DNA from: Bdellovibrionales bacterium | GTDB taxonomy: Bacteria; Bdellovibrionota; Bdellovibrionia; Bdellovibrionales; JAUICD01 | Assembly: GCA_965203275.1 (NCBI GenBank) | Contig: OZ241865.1 | Location: 512,001 to 576,000, forward strand | Length of the DNA stretch: 64,000 nucleotides | Direction: 5' to 3' | Program-made: the position numbers and the translations under genes | Shown: positions 52,760 to 62,413 of the stretch, piece by piece | How the letters are laid out: each line of letters starts with the position of its first letter | How positions within the stretch are numbered: the first letter of the stretch is position 1 | Notes under the pieces: model-generated | Seen by the model: only the letters and a program-made list of their open reading frames with translations | Told to the model about the DNA's origin: nothing | Databases searched by the model: none

Positions 52760-54406
52760 ATGTTGATTATGTGTAAATATATTCATGTTGATCTACTGAC
52801 AAAAGTTTTAAAGTGGCACACATTGGTGTTTCTTATCACTTATTTTGCCTTAGATACCCCTACAGAAATATCTTCTATAAAACATATAATGCGTTTTTCA
52901 TCAGCAGAAGCGCAAACTAAAAGGCCACAGCAAAAGAGAAAATCAAGAGCTTTAAGGCAGTTAGGTGAGGCTGTCGGTTTGTTGAAAGAAGACAGATTTG
53001 AAGAAGCCTCTCAAATACTTTTTGACTTACGCTCTCACTCATCGTTTAGGAGGCGAGGACGTATTTATTATATTTTAGGGCTAACACTTTTTAAAATGAA
53101 TTTATTCCAAATCTCTGCCTTTCAATTTTCTGAGGTCATTCGCAGAAAAGATCCTAAGTATCTTCAACCCAGTGTAGAAAAGCTTATTCTTTTGACAAAT
53201 GAAATTTTAAGCTCAAGTGCTGTGTTAAATTATGCACTGGGTAATATTGATTTAGCGTCATTTCCAAAAGCTCATAGAGATCGCCTTCATCTGCGTATTG
53301 GTGAAGTACAAGTTAATAATAAACAATTTTCAGAAGCTATAAGAACTTTAAGAAACATTAATTCCAATAGTAAAGTCTATCCTCATGCAAAATATTTAGA
53401 AGGATTATCTTATGCAGAATTAAATCGGCCACGACGAGCATTGAGGTCTTTTTCTCGTATAGTAGATAGCAGAGCAAACCATCCTGTGAACGATCGTATA
53501 AAGGCTATGGGACTTATGGGCATGGCCCGATCTGCTTATCAGCTTAAAGATTGGAATCGAGCTATTGATCTCTACAGACGTATTCCTAGAGATACACAAG
53601 AATGGTTTGATTCTCTTTTTGAGTTGACATGGGCCCAGATGCGAGCTGCTCAATTTCGATTTGTTTTAGGTAATTTTCATTCTTTGCACTCTCCTTATTA
53701 TGAAACAAATTATCAACCAGAATCTTTTATTTTAAGGTCCATTGTTTACCTTTATATCTGTCAATACAAAGAAATGGAAAGAACGCTTAATTTCTTTCAA
53801 AAAGTATATTTTCCTGTGAGAGATAAAATTAGAACTTATATGAGAGCAAATAATAACTCCAGAGATATCTACAGTGATTTTGAGAAGATGTATCAAAATG
53901 GTGATTATTTATATCAAGAACCAGAAAATACAAAGGTCCCTTATATTGCCGTTAAGCATATTTTTACAGAGGAAGATGTCAGCAGTGGTATGTCTTATAT
54001 CACACAAGTTCAAAAAGAACTACAAGCTGTCAACAGTATGTCAGATGCATGGCAAAATTCTAAAATGGGACGTTATGCTAAAAGATTGCTGACTAGAAGA
54101 TTGCAAAATACTAAAAAAGTTGTAGGTGAACAAATTGCTATTCATTTAAGGCGTATAAGAGCTGATTTAGCAAAGTTTATTCGGCAACATGGGCTGGCTC
54201 GCTATGAAATGTTGAATGCTCAAAAGGATGTATTAAAACGTAGAATTGTGGAGCGAGATACCAAAATGCAAAGTCTATCACAAGCAGAACGAAATCGAAA
54301 CTTCTATGTACAAGGAGGTTTTGAATATTGGCCTTTTCAAGGTGAGTATTGGCTAGATGAAGTAGGTAATTATTATTATCTAGGAACCAATACCTGTGCT
54401 AATTAA
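52760..54406 (+). CDS. TPR protein, GltC-like gliding-motility component
   Basis: TPRs; LGNFHSLHSPYY...PES; C-terminal EYWPFQGEYWLDEVGNY. Confidence 0.8.
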   Translation: MLIMCKYIHVDLLTKVLKWHTLVFLITYFALDTPTEISSIKHIMRFSSAEAQTKRPQQKRKSRALRQLGEAVGLLKEDRFEEASQILFDLRSHSSFRRRGRIYYILGLTLFKMNLFQISAFQFSEVIRRKDPKYLQPSVEKLILLTNEILSSSAVLNYALGNIDLASFPKAHRDRLHLRIGEVQVNNKQFSEAIRTLRNINSNSKVYPHAKYLEGLSYAELNRPRRALRSFSRIVDSRANHPVNDRIKAMGLMGMARSAYQLKDWNRAIDLYRRIPRDTQEWFDSLFELTWAQMRAAQFRFVLGNFHSLHSPYYETNYQPESFILRSIVYLYICQYKEMERTLNFFQKVYFPVRDKIRTYMRANNNSRDIYSDFEKMYQNGDYLYQEPENTKVPYIAVKHIFTEEDVSSGMSYITQVQKELQAVNSMSDAWQNSKMGRYAKRLLTRRLQNTKKVVGEQIAIHLRRIRADLAKFIRQHGLARYEMLNAQKDVLKRRIVERDTKMQSLSQAERNRNFYVQGGFEYWPFQGEYWLDEVGNYYYLGTNTCAN

Positions 54407-54411
54407 AATCT

Positions 54412-56180
54412 CTGGGATCCCGGGATCTGGGATCCGGGATCCTGGGATCCGGCAATCAGGCAACCCGGCATCAGATCCCGGGGTGAAATAAACAGCTTGT
54501 TTCCTTAACATGTAGTTAAGAAAGGAGGATATCCTCCCCTACTCAAAATGAGCAGTTTTTTGCGGCATTGCTCTTTTTAGACAGCGTAAGCTGTCAGAGC
54601 AATGCCCAAAAACACACCAGAGGTGTGGCTCATTTTGAGTGAAACAACTAACTCCCTACTAAAAGTAAACGGACTTTTGAGACATTGCTCTTTTTGGACA
54701 GCGTAAGCTGTCAGAGCAATGTCCAAAAGTAGCCAGAGGCTAGTTTACTTTTAGTGAAAAACAGTTCAGGCAATACTAGATTTGGAATTTGTTGGCTGTA
54801 TGAAATTAGCAAAACAAGCTGATAGATTAGGTGCTGTTTTGTACAAGTTATGTAAAAATACTTAAATTCAAATTTGATTTTTCCTGGGATCTGGGATCCG
54901 GGATCTGGCAACCCGGCATCAGATCCCGGGGTGAAATAAACAGCTTGTTTCCTTAACATGTAGTTAAGAAAGGAGGATATCCTCCCCTACTCAAAATGAG
55001 CAGTTTTTTGCGGCATTGCTCTTTTTAGACAGCGTAAGCTGTCAGAGCAATGCCCAAAAACACACCAGAGGTGTGGCTCATTTTGAGTGAAACAACTAAC
55101 TCCCTACTAAAAGTAAACGGACTTTTGAGACATTGCTCTTTTTGGACAGCGTAAGCTGTCAGAGCAATGTCCAAAAGTAGCCAGAGGCTAGTTTACTTTT
55201 AGTGAAAAACAGTTCAGGCAATACTAGATTTGGAATTTGTTGGCTGTATGAAATTAGCAAAACAAGCTGATAGATTAGGTGCTGTTTTGTACAAGTTATG
55301 TAAAAATACTTAAATTCAAATTTGATTTTTCCTGGGATCTGGGATCCGGGATCTGGCAACCCGGCATCAGATCACAGAAATGAACTTTTTCCTTAACATG
55401 AAGTAAAAAAATGAAGGGATCCTCCTTACTCAAAGTGAACAGGCTTTCTAGGTTGCCAGCATTTGAGAAGGCGATAGCCTTCGGCTGGCAACCAGAAAGT
55501 GGCCAGAGGCCAGTTCACTTTGAGTGAACCAACTAACTCCCTACTAAAAGTAAACGGACTTTTGAGGTAGCCAGCCTTTGATCGACGGCGGTAGCCGTCG
55601 GGCTGGCTACCCAAAAGTGACCAGAGGTCAGTTTACTTTTAGTGCAGATCAAATGAGGCAATGACCATTTTGCCAATGGCGAAAGCCATTGCGGTCATCG
55701 CCCAGGGTGTAAGAAGGAACTTTTTCCTTAACATGGGGTTTATCCGGGATCCGGGATCCGGCCACTGGCAACCCGGCAGGAGTGAAGCGAAAATCTTGTT
55801 TCCTTAACATTTCACTCAAAATGAGCCACACCGCTGGTGTGTTTTTTGGTGTTGCCTGCAAAGGCTTTCGCCTTTGACAAAATAGGCAACACCTAAAAAA
55901 TCCGCTCATTTTGAGTAGAGGAGGATCCTTTTATTCCTTTACAACATGTTAAGGAAAAAGTGTTTTTATTGTCTTAGGAGCAAGCGGGCTACGATAAAGA
56001 AACTTTTTCCTTAACATGGTGTTAAGAAATGAGGACATCCTTCTTCCTAAAATTGAACAAGCTTTCTAGGCAATGACCATTTTGCCAATGGCGAAAGCCA
56101 TTGCGGTCATTGCCAGAAAGTAGCCAGAGGCTAGTTCAATTTTAGGGAAACAGAGGCTAGACCACTTTTAGTGAACCAGA
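54412..56180. repeat. Repeat cluster 10, including a 448-bp tandem duplication
   Basis: 54459-54906 repeated at 54907-55354. Confidence 0.92.
54764..54865 (+). pseudogene. 3' fragment of a four-helix-bundle gene (duplicated at 55212-55313)
   Basis: VQAILDLEFVGCMKLAKQADRLGAVLYKLCKNT*, homologous to 61280-61333(-). Confidence 0.75.
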
Positions 56181-56184
56181 AGTG

Positions 56185-56685
56185 TTAATTTATCCCTATA
56201 GCATTTATTAATTCTAAAAGATGTGTTGTAAAGTAATGACGGGTTCCAATTTTAATAATACCTTTTTTACTTATCTGCACTTGTATATGAGAACTATCTG
56301 AAAACACAAATTCAATATCTTCAGACCATTCAAGAGGAGCTTTTAACATTTCAAGATCAACCTCATCTCTTATCTTAATATTGCAAAAGTCGTTAATACT
56401 CTTCTGCACTAACTCTAAAGGAGCATCACCTCTACCTATCCAATTTCCATCAACAAGTTTAAGGGAGGTAGCGTTTGTATTTGATTTGAACCTTATTTGC
56501 ATCTCCACAATATCATACTTACAAATTCGCTTGTTATATTTCGAGATATATTGATTGCGATCCTTTAATGAAGATATGTCAATATCTCCTTCTTGTTCTT
56601 GTGGTTTTAAATAGTAAATAAAACCAATCACACAAACAAATAAAAAACTTAAAACACTTATTCTAACAAATAATTGAATATTCAT
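56185..56685 (-). CDS. Hypothetical protein with N-terminal TM
   Basis: 166-aa ORF. Confidence 0.65.
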   Translation of the reverse strand: MNIQLFVRISVLSFLFVCVIGFIYYLKPQEQEGDIDISSLKDRNQYISKYNKRICKYDIVEMQIRFKSNTNATSLKLVDGNWIGRGDAPLELVQKSINDFCNIKIRDEVDLEMLKAPLEWSEDIEFVFSDSSHIQVQISKKGIIKIGTRHYFTTHLLELINAIGIN

Positions 56686-56954
56686 AATCTATTCCTTTAT
56701 TTTTAATACTTGTATTTTTAATACTTGCATTTATTAAACTTCTTAAACTTAATCCGAACCTTACAACATTTTGTAAAATATTTCAACCTAAATTTAAGTA
56801 TGTAATTTTTACATAAAAGTCCTTATAAATATTGTAAATATTCTCAGTTTAAATAGACCTTCGGCTCTAAGTAGGTTATAAATATTGATTTTTAAGCTAT
56901 TTAAAGATAATATTTTATAATAGAATTTAGTCAAGGATGAGGGGGAGATGATTA

Positions 56955-57730
56955 TCCGGGATCTGGGATCCGGGGGCTGGGATCCGGGACCTGGGATCCG
57001 GGGGCTGGGATCCGGGAACCGGGATCTGGGGGCTTGGGATCTGGGATCTGGCAACCCGGCAGACAGGCAAGGAAAAATCGTGTTAAGAGACAAAAGGATT
57101 ATCCCTAACCCCACCCACCACCCTTCAATTCTGCTTTTCCATTTGTATATTTTTTATGAGTGGAATGCGGGGTCAGGCTTCCGAAGTCCTCAATTTTTTT
57201 CACTCAAAATGAACTGGCCTCTGGCCACTTTCTGGTTGCCAGCCGAAGGCTATCGCCTTCTCAAATGCTGACAACCTAGAAAGCTTGTTCATTTTGAGTA
57301 GAGAAGGATCTCCTTGCTTCTGACACCATGTTAGGGAAAAAGTGCTTTTATTACATTAAAAGCAAGCGGGTTTACGAATGAAGTTACGAATGAAGTTCTT
57401 TTTCCTTAACATTGTGTTAAGAAATGAGGAGATCCTCCTTCCTAAAATTGAACAAGCTTTTGAGACAGTTAGCCTTTGATCGACGGCGAGAGCCGTCGGG
57501 CTAACTGTCCAAAAGTAGCCAGCAGTGATAAAGGAGCTTTTTCCTTAACATGGTGTTAAAAGAGGAAAGGATCCTTCCTACTCAAAGTGAACAGGCTTTC
57601 TAGGCGATGACCATTTTACCGATGGCGAAAGCCATCGTGGTCATCGCCAGAAAGTGGCCAGAGGCCAGTTCACTTTGAGTGAAACAGAGGCTAGTTCAAT
57701 TTTAGGGAACCAGACCACTTTTAGTGAAAG
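56955..57730. repeat. Repeat cluster 11: degenerate heptamers, partial module B, structured units
   Basis: Same motifs as the other clusters. Confidence 0.9.
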
Positions 57731-57738
57731 GATGATTT

Positions 57739-58992
57739 ATGCAAATATTTTATTTTTATTTACCTTTTAGCTATAAACTCAGAGGTTTTTTTTATAAAAC
57801 AAAAGTCTTAAAATTTTTAATGTTAAGTTTGATGGGCCTAATGCTCTCTTGTGATCGATTAGAATTCCAAGCAGGATCTTTTGAATTCAATGAAGATATT
57901 TTACAAGGAACAGAGGACAATCCCTCATCTCTACAAGCACCTCAAAGATCTCATTTTGTACATGTCACTCCTACTCAACGCATAGACCCATCAAAGATTC
58001 CTTTATGGTTTATAGATGATTTAAATTTTAATGGTATGGACAAGGCCATTAGCTATCAACTTAAAAGATTTCAACAGCTTTATTTATCTGGAACAATTCA
58101 ATTTGGAGAGGATGTGTATCCTAGGGCTATACTGCCTTTTGCACTGAGAAAATTTCAAGTCTTATATCATGCTTACAAAGACTGTTTAAGAAATCAAAAT
58201 ATGAATCAATGTCGGTATGCTTTCCATCAAGTTTTGATCAATCAATTTCATGTTTATGAGCCAAAAAGTTCTATCAATCGAAGTCATCCTGCTCATTTTA
58301 CTGCTTATTATCATCCTACACTTTTAGCTTCAAAGATTAGAACAAATAGGTTTAGATATGCAGTTTATGCAAAGCCTCAGGTAGCTCATTTAAGGACTCT
58401 TTCAAGATGTCAAATTGATATTCAAGGAAGACTTTTAGGTCATGGCTATGAATTATTCTATACTGACAATTTGTATAACATTTATAATTTGCACATTCAA
58501 GGAGGAGGGCAAACAGCTTTTGTTGATGGTAGCCGTAATTTTTATTTGCATTTTGATGGTAGCAACCAAAAACGTACAAGATTTTTTTCTAAACAAAGGT
58601 TTTTAGCAGCCAGTCCAAAGAGACAAGCTGAAATGATTTGTAGCTCACCTAATTATGTATATTTTAAACCATCCTTAAGGGCAGCCATTGGAAGTGACGA
58701 CGTGTCTTTAACAGATCACCGCTCTATAGCAACAGATAGCAGATATTATAGACAAAAAGGTATTTTAGCTTTTGTACAAGCTAAAAGGCCAAGTTACAAT
58801 ATATGGAGAGAAACAGGACGCATTCGCATACAAAACTTTTCTCGATTTGTTTTAGATCAAGACACTGGTAGTGCTATCCGAGGAAAAGCTCGTGTAGATT
58901 TATTTTTTGGCTATAGTCAATATGCCAGTGTAGCAGCTTATCATGTTAATAATTACGGAAGGTTATTTTTCTTGATGCCCAAAGGTCCCTAG
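57739..58992 (+). CDS. mltA: Membrane-bound lytic murein transglycosylase A (true start may be downstream)
   Basis: Lipobox MLSC; FTAYYHP, HIQGGG, NYVYF, RSIATD, DQDTGSAIRG..RVDLFFG. Confidence 0.88.
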   Translation: MQIFYFYLPFSYKLRGFFYKTKVLKFLMLSLMGLMLSCDRLEFQAGSFEFNEDILQGTEDNPSSLQAPQRSHFVHVTPTQRIDPSKIPLWFIDDLNFNGMDKAISYQLKRFQQLYLSGTIQFGEDVYPRAILPFALRKFQVLYHAYKDCLRNQNMNQCRYAFHQVLINQFHVYEPKSSINRSHPAHFTAYYHPTLLASKIRTNRFRYAVYAKPQVAHLRTLSRCQIDIQGRLLGHGYELFYTDNLYNIYNLHIQGGGQTAFVDGSRNFYLHFDGSNQKRTRFFSKQRFLAASPKRQAEMICSSPNYVYFKPSLRAAIGSDDVSLTDHRSIATDSRYYRQKGILAFVQAKRPSYNIWRETGRIRIQNFSRFVLDQDTGSAIRGKARVDLFFGYSQYASVAAYHVNNYGRLFFLMPKGP

Positions 58993-59270
58993 ACTTTCAG
59001 ATAGCAGGTCACATACTTGCTTAGCTTTATGCATAAACTAAAATTACATATTACTTTCATTAAGTAAAACAAGCTGTCAAGCCTGTCTTTTAAAGGTTCT
59101 GTGTAAAGATATGTCATCATTATAAACTGCCTTGCTATCATATTTGAACTATGGTTTTTAAACCCACTTATAAATATTCTTTCTTATAAAGCTTATTATT
59201 TTTTATAATTCTATTTTATTTTTAAAATAAGTTTGCTGGAATAAAATAAATTTTCATACAATAAAAAGTT

Positions 59271-60506
59271 ATGCATCAAAAAATATTTTCCACATTGAAC
59301 TTTGTATCTAAAATATGCCTTTGTTTATATATAGAAACAATACTTTTGATTTTAACTCAAGGCTATGTTTATGCTCAGTCTATCTCTCTCCCCATCCGAA
59401 TGGATGATATAGAAGAAGTTTGGTCATTTATTGATATTGACCTTAATGAAATAGACAAGCTAGGTAATACTATTTTACATAGACATGCTGCTACAGGGCA
59501 TATTGATATTATAGATAGTTTGATAGGGCTTCGCATCACTGAAACCATGAATATTCACCAGACGAATCATCTAGGTAATACACCTTTGTATTCTGCTACT
59601 AGCAGTGGAAGAGAGGTGATCACTAAGATGTTCATTGATTTAGGTATGGACGTGAATGCCACAAATGATTCAGGTGAAACACCACTCCATATTGCCGCTC
59701 ATATAGGTGATATAGACATTATAAAAATTTTGATAGAAGCTGGTTCTGATCTTAATAAGAAAGACCTCATAGGTAAACAACCCCTCTATTACGCTGCAAG
59801 AGCTAGTAAAAATCAGGCTGTAGGCTTATTATTGGGTCATGGTGCTGATTTTGATAGAAACTATGAAATTTCTGATTATGATGAAGAATTGATACCCTAT
59901 ATTGAAAACATAGATAGTGAACTTTTACCTTATATTGATAAATATGAAAACCTTAAAGGTTCACCTATAAAGGATAATATTCGCTTTGCTTTTAAACGAC
60001 TAAGAATACTTTCAGCTAATTGTACAGTGAGATTAGAAACAATAGGTTTACGTTGGATTTTTATTGATCCTTATATTTGGAATGCTCTCAGCCCTTCAAT
60101 CAGAGAGTTATTGCTCTTTCATGAATTAGGGCATTGTGATTTAAACAGAGGACATGAAAATAATAGTTTTGTTGTATCTGTTATGAACTCAGGAGTTCCT
60201 TTCCAACCAATAGATGATTTATTATATGAAGAGCTTTTTTCAAAAAGGAACACATCGGAGCTTATTAATCAATGGAGTGAAGACGAAGAAGTTCTTAAAA
60301 AATTTACTCAAATAAGAAGAGGTATGTCCACATTTGAAATTCTTGATCTCATTGGCCATCCTATTTTTGCAGAGCAAAAGAGACAAGCAGAGTATTGGAG
60401 ATACAGTTTTTATCAACATAGACTATGGAAAGAAATTAAGTTTGATCAAGAGGGGCAAGTCACTGGCATTGAAGATTATAAAATTGCCATTTATCCAGAT
60501 ATCTAA
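59271..60506 (+). CDS. Secreted ankyrin-repeat protein with HExxH zinc-protease motif and SmpA/OmlA-like C-terminus
   Basis: GNTILH, GNTPLY, GETPLH, GKQPLY; LLFHELGHCDLNRGH; FTQIRRGMSTFEILDLIGHP...YWRY. Confidence 0.8.
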   Translation: MHQKIFSTLNFVSKICLCLYIETILLILTQGYVYAQSISLPIRMDDIEEVWSFIDIDLNEIDKLGNTILHRHAATGHIDIIDSLIGLRITETMNIHQTNHLGNTPLYSATSSGREVITKMFIDLGMDVNATNDSGETPLHIAAHIGDIDIIKILIEAGSDLNKKDLIGKQPLYYAARASKNQAVGLLLGHGADFDRNYEISDYDEELIPYIENIDSELLPYIDKYENLKGSPIKDNIRFAFKRLRILSANCTVRLETIGLRWIFIDPYIWNALSPSIRELLLFHELGHCDLNRGHENNSFVVSVMNSGVPFQPIDDLLYEELFSKRNTSELINQWSEDEEVLKKFTQIRRGMSTFEILDLIGHPIFAEQKRQAEYWRYSFYQHRLWKEIKFDQEGQVTGIEDYKIAIYPDI

Positions 60507-60512
60507 TCAACA

Positions 60513-62265
60513 TCTCACTAAAAATAAACCAGCCTCTGGCTACTTTTGGGCATTGGCTCACTAAAAGTGGTCTAGCCTCTGGCTACTTTCTGGCAATGAC
60601 CGCAATGGCTTTCGCCATTGGCAAAATGGTCATTGCCTAGAAAGCTTGACCACTTTTAGTAGGGAGGATCCCTTCGTCCCTTAACTCCATGTTAAGGAGT
60701 TGTTTCACTAAAAGTGGTCTAGCCTCTGGCTACTTTCTGGCGATGACCACGATGGCTTTCGCCATCGATAAAATGTTCATCGCCTAGAAAGCCTGACCAC
60801 TTTTAGTAGGAGGATCCTTTCCTCTTTTAACATCATGTTAAGGAAACAAAATGCTTTCAAAATTATATTAAAAGAGCAATGCCTCAAAAATCCGTTTATT
60901 TTTAGTAGGAAGAATCCTTTTGTCTCTTTACACGATGTTAAGGAAACAGTTCCTTCTGATCCCGGGTTGCCGGTTGCCGGATCCCGGATCCCGGATTGAC
61001 ACGATGTTAAGGAAACAGTTCTTTCTTACACCTTTTGGCTGTCGCCGTCGATCAAAGGCTGAGTTGTTTCACTCAAAGTGAACTGACCTCTGGTCACTTT
61101 TGGACAATGACCGCAAAGGCTTTCGCCTTTGACAAAATGGTCATTGTCTCAAAAGCCTGTTCACTTTGAGTAGAGAGGATCCTTTTTTCTCTTAACACCA
61201 TGTTAAGGAAAAAGAGTTCTTTCTGATCCCGGGTTGCCGGATGCCAGATCCCGGATCCCGGAAAAGATCAAATTTGACTTTAAGTATTTTTACACAGTTT
61301 GTATAAATAAGCTCCTAATTGATCAGCTTGTTTTGTTTCACTAAAAGTGGTCTAGCCTCTGGCTACTTTCTGGCGATGACCACGATGGCTTTTGCCATCG
61401 ATAAAATGGTCATCGCCTAGAAAGCCTGACCACTTTTAGTAGAAAGGATCTCTTCGTTTTTTAACACCATGTTAAGGAAAAAGAGTTTCATTGAGATTTC
61501 TTAGAGAGCCAAGACTAATATAATAAAATTTCCTACGATCTTTTGCTGTAGGTTTAGCAGATCCTTCAGCTAAGTTAAGTACAATACTTGAAACAGCCCT
61601 TCGAAATTGACTTCTATGAGGCTCTTTCAGATGTAATTTTTTAGAGTTACGATAAAACTGAGTAGCTAATTGATAAGTTTTGAATTTTTGCATCGTCATA
61701 AAAATTTCCTCCTTTCTGAAAACCCGCCAGGGCTTGGGAGGAAATTTTTTAGATGCAAAAATTTATTACGATCAATGCTTTAGGACCTGATGCCAGATTG
61801 TTTCACTAAAAGTGGTCTAGCCTCTGGCATGTTTTCTGGCAGTTAGCCCGACGGCTCTTGCCGTCGATCAAAGGCTGAGTTGTTTCACTCAAAGTGAACT
61901 GACCTCTGGTCACTTTTGGACAATGACCGCAAAGGCTTTCGCCTTTGACAAAATGGTCATTGTCTCAAAAGCCTGTTCACTTTGAGTAGAGAGGATCCTT
62001 TTTTCTCTTAACACCATGTTAAGGAAAAAGAGTTCTTTCTGATCCCTGACTGCCGGATCCCGGGTTGTTTCACTAAAAGTGGTCTAGCCTCTGGCTACTT
62101 TCTGGCGATGACCACGATGGCTTTCGCCATCGATAAAATGGTCATCGCCTAGAAAGCCTGACCACTTTTAGTAATGAGGATCTCTTCGTCTCTTGACCAC
62201 ATGTTAAGGAAACAAAATGCCTTTTCTGCCTGATGCCGGGTTGCCGGATCCCAGATCCCGGAGGG
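60513..62265. repeat. Repeat cluster 12: head-to-tail units enclosing a broken four-helix-bundle gene
   Basis: Units at 60555, 60701, 61064, 61334, 61881 and 62066. Confidence 0.92.
61280..61699 (-). pseudogene. Four-helix-bundle protein (23S rRNA IVP / Avd-like family) interrupted by a repeat unit
   Basis: N-part MQKFKTYQLA...SQFRRAVSSIVLNLAEGSAK...DRRKFYYISLGSLR (61699 to ~61493); C-part KQADQLGAYLYKLCKNT* (61333-61280). Confidence 0.85.
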
Positions 62266-62413
62266 AAAATCAAATCAAAAATCAACTCACAAACCATGTA
62301 AATTATTCATATAAACCCTTGCAAAGAACATATTTTTTACAAACGTGTTTTTCTACTTGACATCGTGTTCTTCTTGCTTGCTATAAAGAAGCAAATATAG
62401 TATAGCCTTCCTT

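Noticed and set aside
60513..62265. CRISPR array
   Set aside because: No constant 25-40-bp repeat with unique equal-length spacers; the variable parts are a few reused self-complementary alleles; no cas genes
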